64,000 nucleotides of DNA from Candidatus Eiseniibacteriota bacterium (GCA_965224245.1 OZ245046.1:3872001-3936000); one strand, 5' to 3'; shown: positions 11,157 through 21,477, numbered from the stretch's first letter. Notes: generated by a model from the sequence alone, not told the origin. Translations and numbers: made by a program.

Positions 11157-14100
11157 ATGGCCACTGCGATCCTCGCCCGGGCGGCCCTGCCGCTCGCCTT
11201 CCTCTCGTCGGCCGCCTTCGCCGGCACGGCCGGCGCCGCGGACACCGTGCCTCACGGCGCGATGCTCCGGTATCCCGACGTCAGCTCGACCGAGATCGTC
11301 TTCGTGTACTCGAACGACATCTGGCTCGTGCCCCGGGAAGGGGGAAGCGCCCGACCTCTCGCCTCGCCCCCCGGAACCGAACGGCATCCGAAGTTCGACC
11401 CGGCCGGCCGCACGATCGCGTTCGTCGGCAACTACGACGGCGACACCGATCTGTATACGATCCCGGCGGTCGGAGGCGTGCCCACGCGGATCACGCACCA
11501 TCCCACGAACGAGAGCCTCTGCGACTGGATCGGCGACGACGAGATCCTGATGTCGGCCTGGGGCATGACGACGAACCCACGCACCAGCGGGCTGCTCCGC
11601 GTCGCGGCCAACGGTGGCCTGCCGACGCCGCTCCCGGTGCCCTACGGCGCCGCCGGCGCGATCAGCGACGACGGGCGCTGGCTGGCCTACACGCCCCACA
11701 ATCGCGACTACGCCACCTGGAAGCGCTATCGCGGTGGGGACGCCAGCGACGTCTGGCTGTTCGACCTGACGACCCTCGAATCCAGGCAAGTCACCGACTG
11801 GGAGGGCACCGACACGCGCCCGATGTGGCACGACCGACAGGTCTACTACCTCAGCGACGCCGGCCCGCGTCACCGGCTGAACATCTGGGTCTACGACACC
11901 GAGACCCACGAGCGCCGTCAGGTCACGACGCACGGCGACTACGACGTGAAGTGGCCGTCCATCGGGCCCGGTCCTTCCGGCGGGGGCGAGATCGTCTACC
12001 AGCTGGGCTCGCGCCTGCGTCTCCTCGACCTCGGGACCGGGAAGAGCCGCGAGGTCGACATCCGCGTGCCCGGCGCGCGGCCGGCGCTCCGCCAGCAGCA
12101 GGAGCTCGTGGGCCCGATGATCCGGAACCGCTCCGTCTCCCCCACCGGCAAGCGCGTGGTCGTCGAGGCACGCGGTGACGTCTGGACCCTGCCCGCGGGC
12201 GACGGTACGCCGATCAACCTGACCCGGACCAGCGGCGTCGCCGAGCGCGATCCGGCCTGGAGTCCCGACGGTCGCTGGATCGCGTTCTTCTCCGACGCCA
12301 GCGGCGAGTACGAGCTCACGCTGATGCAGTCCGACGGCCGGACCGAGCCCGAGCAGAAGACCGACCTCGCAGGCGGCTTCTACTACCGCATCCACTGGTC
12401 GCCCGACTCCGAACGCATCGCGTTCTGGGATCAGCTCGGACGCGTGCTCGTGTACGACTTCGAGACCGATCGGGTCACCGAGGTCGATCGCGTCCCCGGC
12501 GGCTTCCCCCAGCGTGTCAGCTGGTCGAGCGACTCGCGATGGCTCGCCTACAGGAAGTCCGCGTACGAGAACACGCCGCCGGCCATCTGGGTCTACGACG
12601 CGGACGAGGACGCGCGGCACCAGCTCACCGAGGGCATGTTCGCCGACACGTGGCCGACCTTCGACCGCGAGGGCAAGTACATGTACTTCGCCAGCCAGCG
12701 CGAGATCTCCTCCCCGCGCTACGCCGACTACGGCACGACGTGGATCTACACCCGGACCGACCGCCTGTACGTGGTCCCGCTCCAGGCCGATACGCCCTCA
12801 CCGTTCCTGGCCGAGAACGACGAGGAGAGCTGGGACGACGAGAGCGCAACCGACGACGAGGGTACAGAGAGTGACGAGGGCGATGATGAGGAGACCGAGG
12901 ATGAGGAGACGGAGGATGAGGACGCCGAGGATGACGGCGACGAGGACGACGACCCCGAGCCGGTGATCATCGACATCGACGGCTTCGAGCGACGTGTGAT
13001 CCAGATCCCCGTGGACCGCGGCGCGTTCTGGAACCTCGCGGTCAACGACGGGGGCCAGCTTCTCTACACGCGGGCGCCGGTGCCCGGATCCGGCGGGTCG
13101 GGGACGATCCACCTGATCGACGTGGAGGACGGTGACCCGGACGACCTCGAGAAGTCGGTGTACGACGGTGCCGGGGCGTTCGAGATCTCGAACGACGGCG
13201 CGAAGATCCTCGTGGTGGACGGATCGCGCATGGCCGTGCTCTCGGCGGCCGAGGGCCAGAGCTTCGAGGACCCGATCGCGACCGACAACCTCCGCGTGAC
13301 CCTCGATCCGCGCGCCGAGTGGAACCAGATGTTCGTGGACGCGTGGCGCCTGTACCGGGACTTCTTCTACGACCCGAACCTGCACGGCGTGGACTGGCCG
13401 GCGGTGCGGCGCCAGTACGGCGCGATGCTCGCCGATTGCGTCTCGCGCGAGGACGTCTCGTACGTGCTGGCGGAGATGATCTCCGAGCTGAACGTCGGAC
13501 ACGCGTACCTCTGGAGCGGCGGCGACGTCGAGTCGCCGCCGTACGTGAGCGTCGGGATGCTCGGATGCGACTTCGCGATCGACTCCGGCGCCTACCGGAT
13601 CTCGCGGATCTACTCCGGCGCGGCGTGGGACACCGACGCCCGGGGGCCGCTCGGGCAGCCGGGCGTCGACGTGCGCGAGGGGGACTACCTCCTGGCCGTC
13701 AACGGCGTGCCGCTGGACGTCTCGAAGGATCCCTGGGCGGCGTTCATCGGCCTCGCCGACCGGACGATCACGCTCACCGTCAGCGAGGAGCCCGAGATGA
13801 GCGACGCCGCGCGCGACGTCGTCGTCGAGGCCGGATCCAGCGAGTTCTACCTTCGCCACCGTCACTGGGTCGAGGCCAAGCGCCAGTACGTCGCCGAGCG
13901 CACCGACGGTCGCGTCGGGTACATCTACGTGCCCAACACGGGGATCGACGGGCAGGACGAGCTGAACCGTCAGTTCGTGGGACAGCTCCATCGCGACGCG
14001 CTGATCATCGACGAGCGCTGGAACGGCGGCGGTCAGGTTCCGACGCGATTCATCGAGCTGCTGAACCGTCCGGTCGTGAACTACTGGGCCCGTCGCTACA

Positions 14101-14540
14101 CGGAGACCGACGCGCCCTGGCCACCGGATTCCCATCAAGGTCCCAAGTGCATGCTGATCAACGGCTCGGCCGGATCGGGGGGCGACTACTTCCCGTACCT
14201 CTTCCGCAAGGCGGGTCTGGGCAAGATCATCGGCATGCGGACCTGGGGCGGACTCGTCGGCATCAGCGGAAACCCCGAGCTGATCGACGGCGGCTACCTG
14301 ACGATCCCCAACTTCGCGTTCTACGAGACCGACGGGACGTGGGGCATCGAGGGCCACGGGGTCGAGCCCGACATCGAGGTCGTGGACGACCCGGCCCTGA
14401 TGGTGGACGGCGGCGATCCGCAGCTCGACCGGGCGATCGACGTCATGCTCGACGAGCTCGAGACGAACCCTTACCGGTGGCCGGGACGACCCGCGTATCC
14501 CAACCGAAGCGGGATGGGTCTGGCGGAAGCCGACCGGTAG
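11157..14540 (+). CDS. Tricorn protease homolog (S41 family), secreted
   Basis: Signal peptide, PD40 propeller repeats (MLRYPDVS..IVF), ELNVGHAY, PDZ, GYIYVPNT, IDERWNGGG, AGSGGD, RTWGG, IEGHGVEPD. Confidence 0.93.
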   Translation: MATAILARAALPLAFLSSAAFAGTAGAADTVPHGAMLRYPDVSSTEIVFVYSNDIWLVPREGGSARPLASPPGTERHPKFDPAGRTIAFVGNYDGDTDLYTIPAVGGVPTRITHHPTNESLCDWIGDDEILMSAWGMTTNPRTSGLLRVAANGGLPTPLPVPYGAAGAISDDGRWLAYTPHNRDYATWKRYRGGDASDVWLFDLTTLESRQVTDWEGTDTRPMWHDRQVYYLSDAGPRHRLNIWVYDTETHERRQVTTHGDYDVKWPSIGPGPSGGGEIVYQLGSRLRLLDLGTGKSREVDIRVPGARPALRQQQELVGPMIRNRSVSPTGKRVVVEARGDVWTLPAGDGTPINLTRTSGVAERDPAWSPDGRWIAFFSDASGEYELTLMQSDGRTEPEQKTDLAGGFYYRIHWSPDSERIAFWDQLGRVLVYDFETDRVTEVDRVPGGFPQRVSWSSDSRWLAYRKSAYENTPPAIWVYDADEDARHQLTEGMFADTWPTFDREGKYMYFASQREISSPRYADYGTTWIYTRTDRLYVVPLQADTPSPFLAENDEESWDDESATDDEGTESDEGDDEETEDEETEDEDAEDDGDEDDDPEPVIIDIDGFERRVIQIPVDRGAFWNLAVNDGGQLLYTRAPVPGSGGSGTIHLIDVEDGDPDDLEKSVYDGAGAFEISNDGAKILVVDGSRMAVLSAAEGQSFEDPIATDNLRVTLDPRAEWNQMFVDAWRLYRDFFYDPNLHGVDWPAVRRQYGAMLADCVSREDVSYVLAEMISELNVGHAYLWSGGDVESPPYVSVGMLGCDFAIDSGAYRISRIYSGAAWDTDARGPLGQPGVDVREGDYLLAVNGVPLDVSKDPWAAFIGLADRTITLTVSEEPEMSDAARDVVVEAGSSEFYLRHRHWVEAKRQYVAERTDGRVGYIYVPNTGIDGQDELNRQFVGQLHRDALIIDERWNGGGQVPTRFIELLNRPVVNYWARRYTETDAPWPPDSHQGPKCMLINGSAGSGGDYFPYLFRKAGLGKIIGMRTWGGLVGISGNPELIDGGYLTIPNFAFYETDGTWGIEGHGVEPDIEVVDDPALMVDGGDPQLDRAIDVMLDELETNPYRWPGRPAYPNRSGMGLAEADR

Positions 14541-14564
14541 TGGACGCGGTCGCGCGCGAGGATG

Positions 14565-15179
14565 TCAGGGTGCCACGCGGCAGCGGCTCCACTCGCCGTC
14601 GATCGTCTTCTCGTACAGGAACCGATCGTGGAGTCCGCGCACGCGTTCGATCCAGAACTCGACACGATCGGGCACGACGCGGTACGCCCGGCAGGTCGGC
14701 GGACGCGGAATCGACGACGAGTCCTCGAACCGGGACTCGACGCCGGCCATCTCGGTCTCGAGCTGCTCGCGATCGGATACGACCTGGCTCTGGGGATGCA
14801 CCCAGGCCGCGAGCTGCGCGCGACGGGCGCGCGCCTCGAAGATCGCATCCGCGATGCCCTCGCTGGCCACGACGGACTCGCCGGTGGCGCGGATCTGCAG
14901 GTTCAGATCCGCGCCCCAGTAGACCGTCAGGGCTACCCTCGGGTTGGCCGTCATCGACGCGACCTTCGGCGAGCGGGTGTCGGTCAGGAACACGAAGCCG
15001 CCCTCGCTCGCCTCGTCGACCATCACGAAGCGTGCCTCGGGCTGCCCGTCGGGCGACGTCGTCGAGAGACACATCGCGTTCGGACGCAGGATGTCCTCGC
15101 ACGCCTTGGCGCGCTCGAACCAGTCCTTGACCAGCTCGAACGGGCTGGCGGGGAGATCGGCCTGCCGGCTCGGCTTCAT
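14565..15179 (-). CDS. pdxH: Pyridoxamine 5'-phosphate oxidase
   Basis: PNAMCLST, P.ARFV, F.TD.RSPK, QIRATG, QSQ, EFW...RGLHDRF. Confidence 0.85.
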   Translation of the reverse strand: MKPSRQADLPASPFELVKDWFERAKACEDILRPNAMCLSTTSPDGQPEARFVMVDEASEGGFVFLTDTRSPKVASMTANPRVALTVYWGADLNLQIRATGESVVASEGIADAIFEARARRAQLAAWVHPQSQVVSDREQLETEMAGVESRFEDSSSIPRPPTCRAYRVVPDRVEFWIERVRGLHDRFLYEKTIDGEWSRCRVAP

Positions 15180-16198
15180 CGGCTCGCTCCGGGTGTCGGC
15201 GCCGCGAGGTGGGCCAAGAAGGCATCGGGCTCGTCGACGTGCAGCGCGACGTGCCGCCCCCGACGCGTGATCCCGAACAGCCCGCGGGCCTCGACCGGAC
15301 GGCGCGCCGTCATCCACACGTTCGGGCCGCCGACGGGGACGATCTCGACGGTGTCGCCGTCCGCGCCGTCGGGCTGATGGCGTCCCACGGCCACGAGATC
15401 CTCGCGCGCGATGCGGGCCCGCCATCGGAGGCCCAGACGCACGTGCACGTGCGCGTCGTCCACGATCGTGGGCTCCACGCGCATCGCGTGAAAGTCCCCG
15501 GCGAGCCAGAGCACCCCGTAGACACCGAGACCGGTCACGATCCAAGCCGCCACGACGTCCGCCCGCATGACCAGGAGGTGCGCCACGACCAGCTCCACCG
15601 GCACGAGGAACGCACAGACGATCAGGAGCTCCCGATATCCGCTCGCCCGGTGCGCGGTGAAGACGCGCTCGCGGTCGGTGCTCGGACGTCCGCGCCGGAA
15701 CCAGCCGGCCAGTCCCAGCGTGAGGAGCGTGATCTCGGCGCTCACGATCGCGGCCAGCGACGGCGGAAGACGCTCCGAGAGCGCCAGGCGCAGCGCATCG
15801 CTCCCGTACGTCTCGACCCGACGATGACGCCGGTGGGCGGCGACGATCGCGCGCAGCCGCAGGACCAGCGCCACCAGGAGGATGACCTCCAGGAGCGGCA
15901 GCACGAGCTCGAGCACCGCGAGCGCCCCCTGTCGATCCGACGGCAGGAGCCACTCGGCGATCAGGATGCCCGCGATGCCGGCCGGCACGACGACGAGCCC
16001 CGGCGCGCGCTTCGAGCGAACGAGCAGCACGTACGCGAGCAGCGGAAGCCCGAGCGCGAGGTCGACGGCCACGGCCACGGGCAGCCAGGGGTTCCCGGCT
16101 CGAAACGCCGCGCTCGAGACCACGAGGAACTCGACGGCCAGCACCGACAGCGCCAGTGCCAGGAACACCAGGAATGGACGACGTGAGGCGATGGTCAC
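15176..16198 (-). CDS. Multi-pass membrane protein of unknown function
   Basis: Several hydrophobic helices and a soluble C-terminal part; stop overlaps the pdxH start. Confidence 0.7.
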   Translation of the reverse strand: MTIASRRPFLVFLALALSVLAVEFLVVSSAAFRAGNPWLPVAVAVDLALGLPLLAYVLLVRSKRAPGLVVVPAGIAGILIAEWLLPSDRQGALAVLELVLPLLEVILLVALVLRLRAIVAAHRRHRRVETYGSDALRLALSERLPPSLAAIVSAEITLLTLGLAGWFRRGRPSTDRERVFTAHRASGYRELLIVCAFLVPVELVVAHLLVMRADVVAAWIVTGLGVYGVLWLAGDFHAMRVEPTIVDDAHVHVRLGLRWRARIAREDLVAVGRHQPDGADGDTVEIVPVGGPNVWMTARRPVEARGLFGITRRGRHVALHVDEPDAFLAHLAAPTPGASR

Positions 16199-16316
16199 GC
16201 TCGAGGCTCCCCTCGATGAACGGGGCGCTCCCCGCGGGTGTGGGCCGGACCGCGGCGAAGCTTAACGCACCGGCCCGACTTTGCACCACACGCCAGGGGT
16301 GGAAACCTCACGCCGG

Positions 16317-16820
16317 TCATTCCGTAGACGTCGCGGTGGACAGCTCGGCAATCGACACCGGCGAGACCGACCGATCGTCGCCGGTCAGAATGCGGCGATG
16401 ATAGTCGACCTGCCCCACGTGAAAGGTCAGGTGCGTCGCCAGGTGCAGGAGGAAGTCACCGGTCTGGATACGGTGTTCACCGATCTCGAGCGGATACGGG
16501 GCGTCCAGGGACGCCGGGGGCAGGCTCCCGAGGACGGCTCGGACCGTGTCTCGAGTCCCACGAACGTCCGCGCAGAGCTGGTCCCGGGGCACGTCCCGGG
16601 TGGAGAACTCGGCGTCGCGCCGGCGCTGGAAGCCCGTCCCCCCGAGCACGGCGCCGACGAAGTGCTGGAGGTTGCCGCACAGATGCAGCGCGAGGGTGCC
16701 CGCGGAGTTCCGAACCCCGGGCACGAGCCGCCAGATCGATGCGTCGTCGGGATAGACCTCGAGCTCGCGTTCGAGGGTCGAGAGATCGCGCGTGAGGATC
16801 GCGCTCAGCTCGTTCAGCAT
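16317..16820 (-). CDS. DinB-family protein (DUF1572-like)
   Basis: NSAGTLALHLCGNLQHFVG, RRRDAEFS, HLATHLTFHVGQVDYHRR. Confidence 0.85.
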   Translation of the reverse strand: MLNELSAILTRDLSTLERELEVYPDDASIWRLVPGVRNSAGTLALHLCGNLQHFVGAVLGGTGFQRRRDAEFSTRDVPRDQLCADVRGTRDTVRAVLGSLPPASLDAPYPLEIGEHRIQTGDFLLHLATHLTFHVGQVDYHRRILTGDDRSVSPVSIAELSTATSTE

Positions 16821-16945
16821 GGCAACGTAGCCTCCTCGTCGGTTCGAGCGGTTGCGAGTCGGTTCGCGGTCGTCCCGATGGTACGCGGTGGCCCCATCAC
16901 CCCCAAGCCGCGCATCCGTCGGACGCGCGAGACAGCGAGGATCCC

Positions 16946-18307
16946 ATGACGCGCCTCGTCCAACGTCACGCCCTGCTCGGAGCCGTCCTCGCCGTGACGT
17001 CGATCGGCATCGCGGCGCGCTCCGGAGCCGATACGGAGATGCACGGGGACCTCCCCCGCCGCGCCTTCCTGGGGATCCGGTACGAGCCCGGCGACGGCGG
17101 CATCGCGATCGCCGACACGCTGTCCGGCGGCTCCGCACGCGCGCTCGACCTGCGCGCCGGCGACGTCGTCACCCACGTCGGCGGCGTCCCGACTCCGGAC
17201 GTGGGCGCGTTCGGCGCCGCGGTATCCGGACGCCACGAGGGCGAGGGGATCACGTTGACGGTGAGCCGCGACGGCGTGACGCGGGAACGCCGCGGGGCGC
17301 TGGCGGGCATGCCGCTCGAGCCGTCGGGTGAGCACCGGCTCGTGTACGACGTCGTCGAGTCCGGCGATGCGCGCCTGCGGTCGATGCTGACGATTCCAGC
17401 CGGCGAGGGCCCCTTCCCCGCGATCCTGTACATCCAGGGGCTCCAGTGCTCGTCGGTCGAGCAGCCGATCGGCCCGCCCGGGCTCACCCGGACGTTCGTG
17501 GACGCGCTGGCCGACGCCGGCTTCGTCGTCATGCGATGCGAGAAGAGCGGCCTCGGCGACAGCACCGGCGAGCCCTGCTCGGAGATCGACCTCTCGCACG
17601 AGGCGCGTGACTTTCGTGCCGCGCTGGAGAAGCTGCACACCTACGACGTGGTTCGTGACGACGCGGTGTTCCTCTTCGGGCACAGCATGGGAGGCGTGAT
17701 CGCACCCCTCATCGCCACGGACGACCTCGTGCGGGGCGTGGCCGTCTTCGGCACCGTCGCCCGCCCGTGGGCCGAGTACCTGATCGAGAACCGCCGCCGC
17801 CAGGCGCGCCACGAGCCCGACGTCGACCACGTCGCGCTCGAGGACGAGCTCCGGCGGACCGCGCGCCTCCATCACCACCTGTTCGTCGAGGGGCTCGGCA
17901 TCGCCGACATCGTCGCCCTGCATCCCGATCTGGCCGATGTGGCGACCGAGTCGTTCCCGGACGGCGTGCACCAGTACACGCGCCACGTGGACTTCTTCCG
18001 GGAGCTCGCGGCGACCTCGCTGAGCGCCGCGTGGTCGCGCGTGACGGCTTCCGCGCTCGCGATCCACGGGGAGTTCGACTGGGTGACGTCCTGGGACGAG
18101 CACGTGCTGATCGCCGAGATCGTGAACCGATACCACCCCGGGAACGGCGAGGCGATCTCGATCCCCCACATGTTTCACGGGTTCAATCTCCACGACTCCC
18201 TGCAGAGCAGCATCGCGTCCCCCTGGACGGGGCCGTTCGGATCGGCGATCGTCACCGAGACCGCGGCCTGGATCGAGCGACAGCTCTCGCCCGGAGACGA
18301 CCTGTGA
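16946..18307 (+). CDS. Secreted PDZ-domain alpha/beta hydrolase
   Basis: Signal peptide, FLGI...LRAGDVV PDZ, GHSMGG nucleophile, HGEFD, H.FH. Confidence 0.85.
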   Translation: MTRLVQRHALLGAVLAVTSIGIAARSGADTEMHGDLPRRAFLGIRYEPGDGGIAIADTLSGGSARALDLRAGDVVTHVGGVPTPDVGAFGAAVSGRHEGEGITLTVSRDGVTRERRGALAGMPLEPSGEHRLVYDVVESGDARLRSMLTIPAGEGPFPAILYIQGLQCSSVEQPIGPPGLTRTFVDALADAGFVVMRCEKSGLGDSTGEPCSEIDLSHEARDFRAALEKLHTYDVVRDDAVFLFGHSMGGVIAPLIATDDLVRGVAVFGTVARPWAEYLIENRRRQARHEPDVDHVALEDELRRTARLHHHLFVEGLGIADIVALHPDLADVATESFPDGVHQYTRHVDFFRELAATSLSAAWSRVTASALAIHGEFDWVTSWDEHVLIAEIVNRYHPGNGEAISIPHMFHGFNLHDSLQSSIASPWTGPFGSAIVTETAAWIERQLSPGDDL

Positions 18308-18918
18308 GTGACGAACGCGTCATCCGACACGGCGACGGCACCTCTCGCTGCTGGTGGTGCGGGACCGACGCCGAGTACGTCCGCTACCACGACGAGGAGT
18401 GGGGCCGTCCGGTCACCGAGGATCACCGGCTCTACGAGAAGATCTGCCTGGAGGGATTCCAGTCCGGGCTCAGCTGGCTGACGATCCTGCGCAAGCGCCC
18501 GGCGTTCCGGCGGGCGTTTCGCGACTTCGACGTCGAGTCGGTGGCGCGGTTCGACGCGCGCAGCGTCGAGCGACTTCTCGGCGACGCCGGCATCGTCCGG
18601 CACCGCGGCAAGATCGAGTCCACGATCAACAACGCAAAGCGCGCCCGGGAGCTCCGGCGCGAGTTCGGCTCGCTGGCCCGGTACTTCTGGCAGTACGCGT
18701 CGTTCGACCCGTTCGCGGGCGTGGTTCCCACGACGCCCGCCTCCACGGCCATGAGCAAGGATCTCAAACGACGGGGCTGGACGTTCGTGGGGCCGACGAC
18801 CGCGTTCGCGTTCATGCAGTCCGTGGGGCTCGTGAACGATCACCTTCCCGATTGCGCGATGCGCGAGCCGGTCGAGCGCGAGCGGCGCAAGGTGTCACGC
18901 GCGATGAAGCGTCACTAG
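18304..18918 (+). CDS. tag: DNA-3-methyladenine glycosylase I
   Basis: RCWW, YHDEEWG, LEGFQSGLSW.TIL.KR, IVRHRGKI, FVGPT, GLVNDH. Confidence 0.93.
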   Translation: MSDERVIRHGDGTSRCWWCGTDAEYVRYHDEEWGRPVTEDHRLYEKICLEGFQSGLSWLTILRKRPAFRRAFRDFDVESVARFDARSVERLLGDAGIVRHRGKIESTINNAKRARELRREFGSLARYFWQYASFDPFAGVVPTTPASTAMSKDLKRRGWTFVGPTTAFAFMQSVGLVNDHLPDCAMREPVERERRKVSRAMKRH

Positions 18919-19785
18919 AGCGCACGCAACCCACGTGGGATCGGGCGCATCGTAAGGTCCGGTCATGTCGTCCAGCACAAGATCCACGAGTTCCGCGCGC
19001 CGGATCCCGATCAGCTCGGCGGCCACCGGCAGCGTGTCGCGACCGTCGCTGCGCACGCGCTCGGCGTGCTCGATGAACGCCGCGTGGTCGCCGCCGACGA
19101 GGCGATCGAGCGCGCCGGCGATCGACGTCCGGGCGACGCGTTCGCCGTCGGGGCCCATCGGTCGGGCGGTCTCGGCGGGATCCCCGTACCCGCACCCGTG
19201 GTGAACGAGGTCGGCGGTCGCGACGACGACCGCATCCCGCGCCTCGTCTCGAAGCGACGCCCACCCGGGAAGCGTGGACGGCCGTGCCCCGGTCAGAAAC
19301 GGGAACCTGGGGAGCAATGCGGGCGCCGGACCGGCGTGACGCCGTGCGTACGCGTCCCACAGGAACCGGAGGTGATCGAGCGAGAACTCGCCGGGCGAGA
19401 CGGCCGGCGCCGTGGCCTTCGTCGTCGCGTGGCCGGAGCCATCCGGCTCGTGGACGCCCCGCAAGGGATGCGCGCTCCCGTCCGCCCGGAACGCCTCGCG
19501 CGCGGCGCGCAGCTCCGGCGTGAGCGCGTGCATCACACCGAGCGCGACGACGCGATCCGCCCCCCTCTCGCGTGCCGCGTCGAACGCGGCGCGGACCGTC
19601 GCCGCGATCTGGTGACCGCACGTGGCGAAGCTCGCGTGGGGGAACACCACGCCGCCGCCGGCGGCCAGCGCAGCGGCGAGCGCGGGCACCGCGGGGTGAT
19701 CGAACATCGCGACGATCGCGTCCGGCGACGCGGCGGCCCGCGCGCGCTCGCCGATGGCCGCGAAGTCGGGGACCCGGTCGGTCAC
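18895..19785 (-). CDS. Divergent MEMO1/AmmeMemoRadiSam protein B-like protein
   Basis: VFPHASFATCG (cf. PHAGY..SG), RVVALGVMH, EFSLDH (cf. EHSLE), VATADLVHHG (cf. ASSDxSHYG). Confidence 0.6.
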   Translation of the reverse strand: MTDRVPDFAAIGERARAAASPDAIVAMFDHPAVPALAAALAAGGGVVFPHASFATCGHQIAATVRAAFDAARERGADRVVALGVMHALTPELRAAREAFRADGSAHPLRGVHEPDGSGHATTKATAPAVSPGEFSLDHLRFLWDAYARRHAGPAPALLPRFPFLTGARPSTLPGWASLRDEARDAVVVATADLVHHGCGYGDPAETARPMGPDGERVARTSIAGALDRLVGGDHAAFIEHAERVRSDGRDTLPVAAELIGIRRAELVDLVLDDMTGPYDAPDPTWVACALVTLHRA

Positions 19786-20306
19786 GCGTCGAGGATCCGG
19801 AGGTAGGCACGCCAGGGACCGGCGTCGTCCCGGTAGCGCTTGGCCATCACGCGCGCGATCTGGGCCGTGTGGCCGAGGTCGTGGGCCACCCACGTCGACA
19901 GGAGCTGGGCCAGCGTGACCCGGCCGAACTCCGGATGAACGCCGGTGCGTGCGAGGGCGTCCCCATCCAGCTCGAGGCTCCCTAGCCGGGTCACGTTCGC
20001 GCGGCGCAGCTCGGCGAACGTGTCGAGAAGCTCACCTAGCGGGCGACCGGCGCTCGCGGCGAGCTGCGCGAATCGATCGAACGGCTCGAACGGCCGATCC
20101 GCGTCGCCGGACAGGATCTGCTCCAGACGCGGAATCCAGTCGGTGCGCTCGCCGTGGATGAGATGTCCGACGACGTCGTACGCGCTCCAGGTGTCGCCCC
20201 CCTCGGTGGCCCGCACCCACGCGTCGGGCAGATCACGAAGCCACGTCGACAGCACCTTCGGGGTTCGCTCGAGAACCGGGAGGGCCTCGGCGATCGTGAA
20301 GGTCAT
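19782..20306 (-). CDS. DinB-family protein
   Basis: TWSAYDVVGHLIHGERTDWIPR, GVHPEFG.VTL.QLLSTWVAHDLGH. Confidence 0.9.
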   Translation of the reverse strand: MTFTIAEALPVLERTPKVLSTWLRDLPDAWVRATEGGDTWSAYDVVGHLIHGERTDWIPRLEQILSGDADRPFEPFDRFAQLAASAGRPLGELLDTFAELRRANVTRLGSLELDGDALARTGVHPEFGRVTLAQLLSTWVAHDLGHTAQIARVMAKRYRDDAGPWRAYLRILDA

Positions 20307-21043
20307 CGCGGCGCCCCTCGACCGGGCGACTCGTATCGGAGCTTCACCCGGCTCCAGCTGCTCTCGCGAACCGGCGTGGCACTCGCGGCGCGCAGCACGA
20401 ACGCGACGTCTCCCGGTGCGCCCCAGAGGTGAGGATCGGAGACGGGAGTCCAGTCGACGTACCCGAAGTAGTCCGAGCGGAACCATGCCTCCGCGCCGTG
20501 GGTGTGCTCGGCGCTCACGACGGCCCTCGCCGGCGAGATGCACGCGTAGGTCACGATCGACAGGAAGTACGAGACGCCGTCGGCGGGTACCAGATCACCG
20601 TCGAGGTCGATGCAGAACACCCCGCGAGCCACGGGGTCGTCGTTGTACGCGAAGTCGTACTCCGCGGTGGCGAACCGGTGGACGACGTCTCCGGGCACGC
20701 CGCCCAGGTCCTCGCGCACGAACACGAAGATGGAATCGGGTGGCCAGAACGTCCCGCACCACCAGCTGGCCCACCACTCGATCGCGACCAGCGGCTCGCC
20801 GGAGCCGACGAAGTCGTCCGCGACCTCCGCCCGAAACGGGTAGCAGACGTCGTCCTGCGAGACGAGGGCTCGCCCGTCGGCGGGAATCTGCTCCCACACG
20901 ACGACGCCGTCGCACGCGATCTCGCCGGGCACCGCGGTCGATCCCGCGTCCCGGGTGTCGGGGCCGTCCAGATCGAAGCAATCGTCGGCACGGGCACGGG
21001 GCACGATGGCGAGCAGGGCCAGAACGATCACCAGGCGGGTCAT
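20303..21043 (-). CDS. Secreted acidic beta-rich protein with C-terminal SSWSRVKLRY motif
   Basis: Signal MTRLVIVLALLAIVPRARA, VADDF motif, C-terminal ATPVRESSWSRVKLRY. Confidence 0.75.
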   Translation of the reverse strand: MTRLVIVLALLAIVPRARADDCFDLDGPDTRDAGSTAVPGEIACDGVVVWEQIPADGRALVSQDDVCYPFRAEVADDFVGSGEPLVAIEWWASWWCGTFWPPDSIFVFVREDLGGVPGDVVHRFATAEYDFAYNDDPVARGVFCIDLDGDLVPADGVSYFLSIVTYACISPARAVVSAEHTHGAEAWFRSDYFGYVDWTPVSDPHLWGAPGDVAFVLRAASATPVRESSWSRVKLRYESPGRGAPR

Positions 21044-21114
21044 GCCTCCTCCGCACGTACGAGTCCGTGAAGCATGCGTGACCCACCAGTGTACGCCACG
21101 GCGCGCGAGGGTGG

Positions 21115-21477
21115 CTATTCCGGCAGGGCGGGTCGAACCTTGATCACCGTCTCCTTGCGGATCTCGACCGTGCCGGGCCTGGCGCCCCGGGGCTTGGTCA
21201 CGTATCGCGCCCGCGTCGCGGAGACCGCGACGGTGCCACCGCCGCGCGCCTTGCTGTGGTAGGCCGCGATCGCGGCCGCGCGCTTCAGCGCGTCGCGATC
21301 GGGCTCGCCCAGCTCGTCCACCTGGAGGACGACGTGACTCCCGGGCATGCCGCGGACGTGAAACCACCAGTCGTTCGGGCGTGCGACCTTCAGGCTGAGC
21401 CGATCGTTGTCGGCGTCCCCCTTGCCGGCCAGAACGACCCATCCCCCGGGCAGCTCGTAGCGATAGACGTCGGGCAC
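21115..21477 (-). CDS. Stand-alone NFACT RNA-binding (DUF814) domain protein
   Basis: GKGDADNDRLS, DWWFHVRGMPGSHV, AA.IAAYHSKAR, V.KPRGA.PG.V; GTG start after GGAGG. Confidence 0.88.
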   Translation of the reverse strand: MPDVYRYELPGGWVVLAGKGDADNDRLSLKVARPNDWWFHVRGMPGSHVVLQVDELGEPDRDALKRAAAIAAYHSKARGGGTVAVSATRARYVTKPRGARPGTVEIRKETVIKVRPALPE

